The notes under the pieces were generated by a model. It had not been told where the DNA came from and made no database searches. It worked only from the letters and a program-made list of their open reading frames with translations. A stretch of DNA of 64,000 nucleotides, taken from assembly GCA_002633005.1 (NCBI GenBank), contig NMRA01000087.1, positions 821,990 to 885,989 of the forward strand, read 5' to 3'. A program made the translations under genes and the position numbers. Origin of the DNA: Phoronis australis (Eukaryota > Animalia > Phoronida). Shown piece by piece: positions 1 through 21,600 of this stretch (positions are counted from its first letter, which is position 1; the number at the start of each line of letters is the position of its first letter).

Positions 1-623
1 TGCACGTTCAACGACATTGGTGGCATTTGTACGGCAGGTCAGTGCTAGAATTTTGTCGGGTATCATTTTTTCGAAGTGTACGTTCTCCGTCGGCTATTTC
101 AAATTGGCTGCTCCGTCGAATATATCGAGTGCCGCTTCAACTTCCGCGTCGGCAACTAGCATTAGGAGTACGGCAAATCCTTTCAACTTCGGGTGTGGGT
201 TCTTCAATTTCAAAGATTAAGTGTCCATGTACGGGTAGTTAGCGCTGGATGCAACTTTTCTCGACACTAGTCGTGCGGGGGATTCCGTATGAAGTCACCT
301 TGACGTCACAGAATAGGAAGGTATTCCCCAAAGATGGCTGCCAGTATTTGCCGATCGTCATTGTGACATTTACATGTATAGTAAAAATAGACGGCAAAAG
401 TTTCTAATGTCTAGTTATTTCTTAATATTTAGCGAACTTAATTAATGAATTGTAGGTTTCAATAAAATTTATTAATAATAAATGTTAAAATTCTTCGTTT
501 AGACTTCATTTTCACCGAGGTTGTTTTGGAACAGGCCGTCTTTTTTCCGTCTTGGCCGTGCCATCCAAAGCCGTCATTTTTTTCAAAGGGCCGTCCCAAG
601 GACGGCCGCTAGATGAGTCCCTG
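1..623. mobile_element. Probable right part of a non-autonomous DNA transposon
   Basis: Ends ...GCTAGATGAGTCCCTG (CAGGG-type terminus like other MITEs in this window) with repeated GGCCGT subterminal motifs at 535-609. The left end would lie outside the window. Confidence 0.4.
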
Positions 624-882
624 CACTAGTCTTGTGCCTAGTAGTTCATGTTCTATTGTGTTCCTTTTGAGTGATGTTAAACTAGTGCGCATTCTTCCAT
701 ACACTTAATGGAATGCTCATGTTCCATTCCACACATCCCAAGCCAACTGTACTGTCTTCAGTTGTCACATTGAGCCTTGATCAAAGTCCCAAGAGGTACT
801 TTGAAGAGGGTTTTGCCTGCCAGATTGTGTTTTTCTGTGTCAAAATTATTTTGGTGCTGCTATGTGCTGTTTGTTGAAGTGG

Positions 883-968
883 CACCTGTTGTAAAGCTTA
901 TCCACCTGTTGTAAAGCTTATCCACCCGTTGGAAAGCTTATCCACCTGTTGTAAAGCTTATCCACCTG
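883..968. repeat. Minisatellite, 20-nt unit (CACCTGTTGTAAAGCTTATC) x ~4.3
   Basis: Direct tandem copies; one copy carries 2 substitutions; ends ~30 nt before the 998 acceptor. Confidence 0.95.
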
Positions 969-997
969 ATGATCTGAAGGATTCTTCTTTTATCTAG

Positions 998-9811
<8,814 letters not shown>

Positions 9812-10519
9812 AGTGCATTGTTTCATAGCTACAGGGTTTTGTGGGTTGTTTGTTCCTGTAGGTAAGTATGCACTGGAACAAGAGACACAAATCCTGTTGG
9901 CTTCATTCCTTCTCACTGTGGCGCCATTACTACTGCACGTCTTATTGGCGTTCTACGATACACTGGTATCACTGAATTGCGAACGTTAGGCTTCAAATTT
10001 ATGACTTTTGTACCCTTGGCGTTGTTCGTAACTTGTAAATAGTAATAGTTTGTACAAGAATGTGAGCACAACTATTTAACTATGTGTATAACAAGAGTTG
10101 TCCCTACTCAAGGTGCCGTCATTTTATGTTATCACATCTTCATAAGCTTTGGACTCGTGATGTTCAATAGTGGACTGCACGTTGTCACACATAGGTCAGG
10201 ATTTTCAGTACTTATACTGACGACAAGTTTTAGTTGTTAACAAATTTTATTCTGTAATTGTTGGACTGCATTTGTAATACACTATATTTCAAGATTTGTA
10301 TGCGTCTACTCTTCAGATAAAAACATTCATTAGTTCCATGTACAATTGGAACTGCGCTGCATTGAACAGTAGCTCATTTTTCGTTGACCAAATCCTGCAC
10401 ATAGTGATATGGTTCGAGGGTTTGCAAAATAGCAAGGAACCCTACCAAATGAACAGCGTTAGAACTGCTTCATTTCAGAAACTGCTGAAAAGATCAAACT
10501 TAGAACAGTATTACATAAT

Positions 10520-10525
10520 TTTATT
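10520..10525 (-). terminator. Candidate poly(A) signal for the RhoGAP gene
   Basis: AATAAA on - about 2.1 kb after the stop; a second AATAAA on - at 10246-10251. Confidence 0.45.
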
Positions 10526-12646
10526 CATAACATAATATGTACAAAGCAAGACAAGTTACATATATTGAACACGTATTTCTTTCCCCCGGATAGAGTGTCA
10601 CAAGCTAGATTCTATATAGGGGCATTGCCAGAAGATACCCTGTTGAGAAATTGTCTGAAGCATTACTTAAACCTAAAATGTTGACAAATAATGGATAGTG
10701 GCAAGACTGTCCGCAGTAGAGTGGTCAGATTTTTAAAACTGCTAATGGAATGCAGATTCAGTTTGTGGGATAAAACCCAACACTACAGGCTAGTGTTTTT
10801 GCAAATAGATGTGAGAACTGTCTGAAATTAAGTAACCAAACTGATGTATGGAGATTGGTATTGCACCTTAAATGCAACTATTTTAAAGGTTAATGTTACC
10901 CAAACGGCTTAGATTCAGATTGAAAAACTTGAGAAGTGGCATGTACAAGTTACTGGCTATACCTGTAATGTTCACGCGCAAAGAACTCTCGTGTAATAGT
11001 TCAGTGAACTTGAAGGATTTGGCAACAACACACATCAACGTGATTTGTCAATACTACAAATATTTTACCCATATTGTATAACATATTTGTTGCGAAGGGG
11101 AAATGGGTGATTTTGCACAGTAAATGAGAATAATCTCAAAACAAAAATGATGTATAACACGCATTGGAAGACCAGGACGCAAAACTCAGTCAACAGGAAT
11201 GAAAAATTACAAGTACTACTAAGAAAACAATCTCACTTTTTTTAATCGAAAAATACAGTGAAGATTGTCAGCACTGGTGGGTTTATAGTTCCAGAACAAA
11301 GTAATGGTCACTCAATGGAGATCCCCAGAGACCCAGTTTCTTCCAATGAATAATGGGTATTGATTGGTTCTCAAATCGGGGGGACCTTGTGACTAATGTT
11401 GCGCTTGACAGATCGACAATAACTGCTGACCATATTTCCAACGAAACCCATACAAGACATTTAAATCAGGTTGGGTATTGTGCAGAGTACAGGCATTCAA
11501 GAACAACATATTGATGAAGAAATTGGTGTGTACCTGACAAACTGATACGTGGAAATAAATTTGTGAATGATTCTGTATCATTGTCTTACAACTTGATGTG
11601 ACGTGTGACTTGGCTGGTTCTGCCAGATGGATAAAGGTCGGGAGCTAGAATATGATGTCAGTTTCCACCGTTGATGCAAGTTGGAACTAAATGTCCCAAT
11701 TAGGAATTGAGCTTAAGTGTACAACACTTGAGTATGGGTTGTTTTGGAAATTAGGGATGCCAAGTTGGACAAGAACAAAAATGCCAAAATTAGTCCACTT
11801 CTATCATTTTTTAAGGGCTCCCTAACATAGTGGCAGTATCATTAGGATAAAAGATTTAAGAAAGGTGAAGCATACCTGAACTTGAGAATACAACATTTCA
11901 CTTTACATTGTGTCTTAAATTGTTGAGTTTCAACTGAGTTTTGAATTGATGCCAGATTTAATAGATAAACCGTGTACAAAAATTGGCTCACAATCCTTTA
12001 CACTCTCAATAACAAATTCATCAACCAACCCCTTTTACTGTCTGGCCGAAAAATGGAAGTTCTTCCAATTCATCGATGGTAACACAGACACATGGTTCGC
12101 AGCCATCCAGGGCAATTGCAGGCAACCAAATTCAAGTTGAACATACAAGAACGCGATGATGTTGCCTTGGAAGAACAAGTACATCTTGCCAGAACACTTT
12201 GTTACGGCCTCAAACTTTATAACTTACCCATTGTACGACGATTGTCTATTGAATTATGTCAAAGCAATGTTCAGTGATGGCTAAACTCACAGCAGGGTTG
12301 AGTTTACTAAAACTTATCAGGCAGATGCGGGTACGAGACATCAACAACACAAGTTATCAATGCCACTGCAATGCACTAAGTATGGTCAGCATTGTTAACC
12401 AATCATTTTATCCAACCACATCCTGAAAAATTCCATGCCTCTCCACACCACGCTGTCAACAGGCGTTATCCCAAGTTATCAAGCTGGGTCCTGTCATCAA
12501 CATAAATCTATACAGCTGCAAAAATTCATGTCTCTCAGATGGGCCTAATAGCCATTAACAATAAGAAATAGATGCTTTGAAGCGCCTACAATTTTGTGCT
12601 GCCAGATACATTATGAGCATTACAAGTGCATTATGGGAGGGCTTGA

Positions 12647-15600
12647 TCAGAGTGTTGTGTTGTCAGTAACACTGTTACTACGTTCCTTTTCTGCAGGTGT
12701 TTGTGAAGACGGTGGTTGTGGCCTTGGTGGTTTATTACTACTCGACCTTTTAGGTTCAATCGGTCTCTCAGGTGGTGGCACGGAGAGCCTGTCTGGCATC
12801 GATGGGGGTCTATCTGGCACCAAAGGGGGTCTTTCTGGAGGAGGACCGTGAGGTCTTTCGGGAGGTGGGCCATGAGGTCGCTCTAGGTGATGAGTTGTAT
12901 CAGAGGTTTGTAATGCAGGTGGTCGCTCTGGTGGTGGTCCTGTTGGCCTTTCTGGTGGAGGACCAGACGGACGCTCCATAGTTCTCGACCTAGGTGACGG
13001 AATAGGCTCACTGTCTGCGTCTGCAGCAGGGGGTAACGAGGTGCTCCTTGTGGGTGGTGTTGGAACCGTTTTATCTACTGGAGACAAAACGGGTGGTTGT
13101 CCAGGCGTTTCTCGGTCAGGAATTGGAGGAGGCGACACATGCTCTCTGTCAGGAATAGGTGGAGCAGCAACTGTAGGTGGTCGAGGAGCTTGCTTTTTTG
13201 TGCCTCTCCTCGGAACTTTGGGACTTGGAGTTGACCTATAAATTTTATTATGAAAAGTTAAACATGGAAAAAGGTGAAACACAGAGAGAGGATTAAATTT
13301 TTCTACAATTGGTGTTGTTTACAGAGTTTATGGAGAAAAACTGCATCAGTTCTAAACAAGAAGGTAAAGCATTTTGAGCAGACTTTAACGGGACAAACCT
13401 CCACATTGTTGAACTCAACACAAATCTCATTATTCCTATGTGGTATTACCTGCCAGCCTACTGTGTTTTAAGTCCAATCATAAAGACATTGAACCTGTTT
13501 CTGGACTTGCATACACAATGTCATAACTGAAATGACATTCCTTTATTTTGTCCGTCATTCTAGTGTTTTATCGTTCAGCAGTGTTCACCCTTTTGGTGTG
13601 TGGTTTCCCACTGGCAATATTTAGAGTTAAGAAAAGTCTGGACTCTAAAATAGTGCGGTAAATATGGCATTGTCCTCTCACGCTCTATTGGTTTCTAGTA
13701 TTGATTTGACCTGGAACCAGAACCATCTATCCGATGACTTGCTGGAGCATACTTACATATCTGATTCTGGGGGTGGCAACGTATTTGTACCTCCATACAC
13801 GGGAGGAGCAGCATTCAGTGGGCTGGGTGGTGAGGCCTGGACCGTGCTGCCACCTGTTGAATCATTGCGACAGTGTGATGACGTGCTAACCTGAGTGGGG
13901 CCCTCACAAGGTGGGGAGTCAAGAATGTCTGAGCCAAACTCAATATCTGGAAAAAGACGATTAACTAATTACAATGGTGTAAAAAAGTACCAAACCAATT
14001 CGCCATTAATGCAGTCAACCTTTAACACTGAACAGTTCTGTAACAGAATGCCAAGGTCAGTCTGGCTAAGGGTTTTAAACAAGCAAAGCCAATTGACTGG
14101 TTCGCCTGGCTGACCTGACAAACTTCCCATCCAATCAAAACCAACTAAATTAAGCCTCGGGATACAGTGTCAATGACTGCATTAATTTTGGTTTCATAAC
14201 AACACTGTAATACGAAGTTAAAGATGACCACTATATTGGACTATAGGTACATGCAGTTGACCTCCAGCTTGCATAAAGTTATGACAACAATTTAATCAAT
14301 ACCATACCATGATTTGATTTCATGTCACTGGAACACAATATCAGCGATAAGTAGAAATTTCAGTGTAATAACAACTAAGTTATAGCTGGTAGAGTTTTAC
14401 GAGACCACCACCCACAAAATTTTAAAAATGACCACAGAACTGCTATATTCAAGAAAGACACAGGGTAAATGTAATTTTCCAAGACTGGTAAAACCTCTGT
14501 GAAAAAAAAATGTCAAACCTCTTTTTTGGTTGGGGAAGCCGTGCCAGTGGGGTATCAAGGGTAGAAATTACACTTTTACCCTGTATAATCAACTGGATGA
14601 TTAGAACAAGCTGATGTTAATTACCTAGAGACGTCAAAACAAAACGAATAAAAGGAACTAACTGTTGATGGTATGGTCAGTGAGAGTCAAATATTGTTAG
14701 TAAGTAAGCTCTTGTTAATGGACAAAAAACTACATAACACACAAAGCGTAAATAAAAATTTAAGTTTGTTTCTCCTCACAAGACTGATCGTGAAATATGT
14801 GGGTGACTCAAAATATTTTATTTCCAATCTGGGACAAAATTGTTTTTTTCAATTGTAAAAGCAAAATCAGTATTTTTGCAACTAAAATGATCAGTGCACC
14901 TCAAACAATGAAAAGTAGAAATGTAAAATTTATAGTCGACTGACCTATCCATCACAGAGGAGTGAACTAGGTGAGCAAAAACCACATTTTAGTTAAGAAC
15001 GGCCTAATCTAAAAAGAAGAAAGTGCTAAAAAACATATGGGCCCATTTTACTAATGTAAGTTGTTTTTTGTGAAGTTTGAACAAGTTAACAAGTACACAA
15101 TGCATGTTTCCCAGTGATATCATAGGTTGATTAGCCCTATGAAAATAACTTGTGCAAAGTCCGACTGATTAGTTTTGTGAAACTAGAAACACACCTACAC
15201 AGTCGTAAACTTAAGAGCCAAATTTTCAGCTGATGCAACTGAGAAATGGGTCCTTGAACCTGAACTATAAATTAATTTCAGATGAAAATTCTATCTCTAT
15301 GCATTTCACAATTGTTAAATCATAACACACACACAGATAACTAACATAACAGCAACTGCATCACCATTATAACACATCACCTTTTTAACGAAACATCACT
15401 GTGACGTGTATAGATAATGGATTTTTAGTCAATGCGTTATGTTAAAAACTGGTAACTACTGGACATGTAACCTAAATACTACAAGTAACTGCATGCACAC
15501 CATTTTTTATTACGAACACGTTGAAGTCCCACACCGAGCTAATTAGGTCAAACTAAGAATATATCGAGGAAGTGGATGTGAAGCTTCCTGTTCAAGTAAT

Positions 15601-18600
15601 CAATGAACTCTATTCGGTCCACACTAACTTGTCTTATTACAAAAAACAATTCAAAATGTGAACTAAAACAATTATTGTTTTGAAGGACAGCAGTTAGCAG
15701 GCTTTAATATTGACTTTCCAGTTTAAAGTAGCCAGTACAGCATCAGGTTAGTCTGTTACAGTATGAAAAAGGCGAGGGTCTGTTAGTAACATCATAACCC
15801 ATCGTTAAAGTGATCAGTGACCAACACATTGACCTTGGTGAATTTCACAGTCAATAACTGTATCTTGGAGACATTGTTTCCCACACTTCACCATATAAAC
15901 AAGTGTTAATATTTGAGAACAAAAGAATAATTAAGAAACGACACAATACATCCTTGACATGCACTGAATTAACTCTTTAGCTGTCTGACACGCACTCTTG
16001 AGTATCACACAATGCAATCCACTCTGAATTAGATCTTGAATTGTTTTACTAAAAATTATTCTTGGAATAAGATGCACAGAATTTGGTGGTTCTACAATAA
16101 CCCTATGTCAAAATTAATGTCAACTGAATCGGCATATACAGCAACTCTTCAGTGATTTAGTACACAATATGGGCAACAAGTGAAATTCTGTGTTGTTCAA
16201 TTTCTCCACAGAAGTAAAGATTAAGAACATTATACTCTACAACATTTGCTCATTGCAAAAAGATAATCAATCACTGATGAATAAAAAATAACCATGTTGG
16301 CGAATGAAGTGAATTACTGTATTGCTTTGTACTTGTATCAAGAACATAAATCAATGCAGCTTTTAAGTGTAATCAACATATGGAACATGAGTTTAATGGT
16401 GATGACTGTTAGTCCAGTCATTCTAGGGCTCCAGAGGGCCCAACCTAGAAAAAATTGCAACAGAAGGTTTTTTTGCATAAATGGCATCTTCAAACATCCC
16501 TTGGTGTCAGAAAAAAAATCTACCGAAATCGGAGTGGCGGAAGTCGGTTTTTCAAGATGGCGGACAAAATGGCCGACAAAACCGGTGATTACTGTTTTCT
16601 GGCATATTACTCTTATGTAACAGCTAAAAATAAAACAGTAAAGTTTGTCATTGATTATATACTTTTCATAACAGGCATACCAATCAAAAGATGCCAATTT
16701 TCCGTAAAATAAAACCAATATGGCCGACAAAATGGCGGCCGAAACGGCAATTTGGTACATGTTGCAAGATTTCTTTTTATATTTTGCCCTGAAAATGGCA
16801 AAAGTTTTNNNNNNNNNNNNNNNNNNNNNNNNNNNNNNNNNNNNNNNNNNNNNNNNNNNNNNNNNNNNNNNNNNNNNNNNNNNNNNNNNNNNNNNNNNNN
16901 NNNNNNNNNNNNNNNNNNNNNNNNNNNNNNNNNNNNNNNNNNNNNNNNNNNNNNNNNNNNNNNNNNNNNNNNNNNNNNNNNNNNNNNNNNNNNNNNNNNN
17001 NNNNNNNNNNNNNNNNNNNNNNNNNNNNNNNNNNNNNNNNNNNNNNNNNNNNNNNNNNNNNNNNNNNNNNNNNNNNNNNNNNNNNNNNNNNNNNNNNNNN
17101 NNNNNNNNNNNNNNNNNNNNNNNNNNNNNNNNNNNNNNNNNNNNNNTTTACCTGACTCATTGATCAGGGGAGATGATACTTTGAAATAGATCGCTCCACA
17201 TGACCTAAAGTGTATGTCTCCAGTTTCTGTTCACAAAATAATTAGTACGTGAGATGTGACGCAGTAGAAAAAAGCGAAGGACACCAGCAACATGGCAGAT
17301 GTTTTAGCTAAAGGAAAACTGAACGGACAAACATATCTGAAAATTTTTTACACAGATGGAAGATAAAAGCAAGTTGAAGCGAAAGCAAAAATGTCCAGGA
17401 GCAATTCGAAATGTCAGTGGCAACATTGAGAATGATATATGCTGTAAACAGGTATAGAAAGACAAGGACAAAAGCATATCGAATTACACCGAACAAACAA
17501 GCGACGAACAATGCCATAAACAACTGACGAATAACAGTGTGAAATACGATTCATGCAGCATGCCCTCTGCGGCTCTCCAATCCTGCATCCCCGTAAACAC
17601 CATGCGTGAACAACAGACAGCGCCACTAGAAATTAGCAACATCCTCTGGGTGTGAATGCGTTTACCTCGTTCTAGAATACTCTCCTTCGACGATTTCTTG
17701 TCGAATCTTGTGTCCCACAGGGAGCGAACCTGCGATAGATAGTCTGACGAACCGACACCAAGTGACTGAAGTGCGAAAGCAGTGTTGTAAAAATCACCGT
17801 GCACACTAGAATGCGGCATGACAACTGGTGCTGAAGCTTTGAAAAATCGTTCCACAGGCATGTCTGGTAGTAGTGAGATGGATGATCTGATACCTGCCAA
17901 ATCGCCGTCACTGGCCGAGAGCTGGCGAGTTTCTGCTTTCAACAAAGGAGGTTCTGAGAGAATAACAGACTCATCCAAGCTGCAGACACTGAATTCGGGT
18001 GAATCTTCCTTTTCCTCAGTGTTGTCAATTTCCGATTTCTTGGCCAGTGGTGCCGTAAGCGTATGATGAACTAGACCAAGAGCAGAACTTAGAGAAGGTC
18101 CGTCATCTTGATCGGAATCGACTTTCAACATATGACCGCCGATTCGTGGACTTCCCCGCGGAGTTTTAGTAAACTCAACATCTAAAGCAAATGATAAAAA
18201 AGAAATGGAAAAGTAAATGCCCTAATTTCTGATTGGCCAAACGTGCAGTTAGCGGATGCAGTTTGAACTGTGGGCATGCAATCTTCAGCTACCATAATAC
18301 CTCACCAACTTTGGACAAAAACAATTACCAAAATTGACATTTTTCACTTTTATTTTTTCAAAGTCTTCTATCTTTGTTGTGAATGTCCACAGGTTTTTCT
18401 GATAGTAGCTACGGTACAGAACTTGAAATTGATACAGCATCTATTAGACGATACCAATAATAATAATAATAATAAGCATCAACTATATGATACCAATAAT
18501 CTTTCTGAAGAAATGAAAAAACGAATTTCACTTTTCTACCAGTATGTCCTTAATTGGTGAGATTTTAGTGCAGGCAATGGGTTGAACCACCATCAGTGCC

Positions 18601-21600
18601 GCCTCAAGGTTTATCAGAGAACTAGTAATGTTATCTGCGTCCAGTTATATCAAGTGCCCCTGAAGTTGCCACAACGTTTCATCGAGTGAAACCTCTCTCC
18701 CCTTTGCGGTCTGCACAATGTTTTGGGGTCCTCAAAGCTGTAACTTATTTAGTTGCATAGAAAATTCGGCACTGATTGTGACGATTGGGTTCGGATAGAC
18801 CAGCTGAGTTATAACAAGATGCAATATGGGAACAGGTATAATGACAAACAACCATGCAGTGAATATTAGGTAAGATTATGGCTAAGTATGATGAACTAGC
18901 AATGTCTTGACATTACTGATGTTGCAACGACATGCATTTAACTTGTGTTATCAAAGCACAAATGATAGTTAGATGTTTAAAGCATTAAGTCATAAAAATG
19001 TGGTTCATATTGAAACCTGAGACATCTTTCCATTCCTGAAATGATTCACACTTGAAGGCCAACAACTTTTGTGTGTATCAGGCTGAAACACTTACCAGTA
19101 TAGTGTATAAAGCCACAGTCAGTATCAGTTTCATAGTTAGTGAACTGGCTTAATAAAGAGTAACACTCATGTTTACAGGGGTAAAATACCTTTACTACAC
19201 ACAATCAGTAATAAAACTGGTCTCATCAGATACTTGAGTGAAGGAAAACATCCTATATTGCAGTGTGTATTACCATGCATCTTCCAGCATAAATTACCAA
19301 GCAACCAATGATCAATTCAAAACCTTTAACACTCAACCGAAACCAAAACCATGAACAACCCCATGACAACATGCAGAAAGTGACCACAATGTGCCGTTGA
19401 TATATAACGGTACCTCTAAATGCTTTTTTTATTGTAATAAAAATTAGAAAACAGAGCCTCCATATGTAAGCCCAAATTGCAGACCTGTGGGGTAGCTTTA
19501 AAAGCAAGATTTATGATTTTCTATGATCTGTACGATTTCCAAAAATGACCAGTGTTTGTTAAACATAAGCTTCATGATTTAGAAACTATGTTGACTTTCA
19601 AATGTGCATATGAATCATGTTTGATTAAACTACACCCAAAATTTTCTGTCTTATCTGAATTTAGAGCTAATTACCAGCAGTGAAAAACATAAACATAAAG
19701 TATATGGCACCAAATCTTGTAAAGTCCTTTCCTTTTGTACACCTACATATCAGGCAAATGTTCTTATGCATGTTTCAACAAAGATCAGTAGTAAAAATAT
19801 TAAGTTAATCTGGACATCTGAATGTCTGCTGAATATATCTCAAAAATCGTCATGACAGTGAATCCCAGTATGGCAGTAGGTAAGCAAAACATAAAATATA
19901 CTCACTTTCCCAAAGGACAGGGGTACAGACCACCACAAAACTACACTTTCCTCACGTTGTCCAAACCGACAACAGAGAGACCACATAGAATGAATTTTAA
20001 CTGTAGCCAGTTGAAATAGCAGTAAAATCTCACCAATTTCAGACAAAAATTAATTTGAAAACAGGACTTTTTTCACTTTCAAGGGCTTTTTTTATTTACT
20101 GTACTAGTCATGTAACCAACATGTTAATTAAGGTTTCACGACTGATGTGACATCGAAGTAACAGACAAATAAATAACATATTTGATCCAGTCAAAAGCAG
20201 TTTTGGGTTTGATCGTATAACTGAAAAAAATCTCATGTAATATTGTGCAGACCATGTTAGGAGTCTCACACATATTTTTCATAGGTTGATTCAGGAGGTG
20301 CCCAGAGGGCCCAGGCTCGTCTGTGGACGTGACTAAAAAATAAAAAAAACTGCCGGAAAGCTGCTTTTATGGCCTAGGTGAGCATTTTAATTTAAAATCT
20401 GCAGTTGGAAGCCCCGTTACAACATCCTATATCAGCCAGTGTTTTATGATTGGTAGTGCGAGATTCAACCATTCTCAGCTTTCAACAGGGATCTCATGCC
20501 AAAAGAGAGCATCTCTTGAGCAAAAACCACCAGGTTAACCTTTTATCAAAATAATCCCAAACTTGGGCACATAAATTTTACACGAAAGGTCTAAAGTTGT
20601 TCAAAACTTCCCAAGACATAGGGCAGGTATTTTCACATAATCACACAACCAAAATTGAATCAATTAATCCGTGAGGTATTACCTCAGCCATTACTACTCA
20701 CAGTAATGTTGTAATCTACGCTCAAATTTGTCATGAAATCTAATATTTTAAACGTCTTCGCAACCCTGGAGAAACCTGAACGGACATCGTATGACAATTT
20801 GCAAAGAATATCAAAACCACAAATAAACATAAATTGCTGTTTGCAACAACAAAGAAATTTCATCAACACTTATATTAGATTTTATTTTTGCAAGCAATGG
20901 CTACATAAGGGGGTGTCAGAAAAGGAGACAAAGCACTAGCAAGGTAAGAACTACTTTTAGTAACTTCCATTTATGAAACCAAGACATGACAGGGAAAGGC
21001 GATGTCTTTTAGTTGAGTAAATGACACTTTTCCAGGTGAACATTATAATTCAAGACACCGCTAATTTGCACTGACCAAATGTTCGTATTACAAAATTAAG
21101 CACTTGTCATGAACAAAATTTCTAAAACATAGTTAATGTTTCTGTGACCACCATTGAGGACTTTTTATGACAAGTTAATTCAGACCAATCCAGCAATCAG
21201 CAGGTTCATGATTACTAAATAATATCCAGCAAAGAACGTTTCCACACCCAGTTGAGTTTGGAACCACACAGGTGAACAGGGATGAAAGGTATGAACAGAG
21301 CATGCTGGACACTAACATAAAATATTAAACAAATAATATCAGGAAACAGACATGCAATGTCAATGAGGTATGAAGACTGATTAGTGATTATTTGTGGAGT
21401 GGAATGAGGAAACAAGAGCATCTGGTATTCCGGATGTGTTGAGTCACTCGAAGTACTAATGGTTCCGCAGCTAAAACAAGTTTTAGTTTTCAATTCACAG
21501 ATGCGTTTTCCATTCACTGGCATTGAGGCACAATCAGTTAATTGAAACAGCAGATAACAGATCTACAGATGATAAATTAAATCTGAGAGACGAGCAGTCA

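Noticed and set aside
301-341. TGACGTCA and AAGATGGC motifs as the helicase promoter
   Set aside because: They lie in a probable transposon, and no ATG exon with a phase-2 donor was found nearby
16720-17189. ORFs spanning poly-X
   Set aside because: Artefacts of the N gap
17308-17626. Overlapping hydrophobic and Cys-rich ORFs on - as a separate membrane protein
   Set aside because: No splice or start context; they overlap the end and UTR of the alternative RhoGAP exon. A frameshift error extending that exon cannot be excluded without reads.
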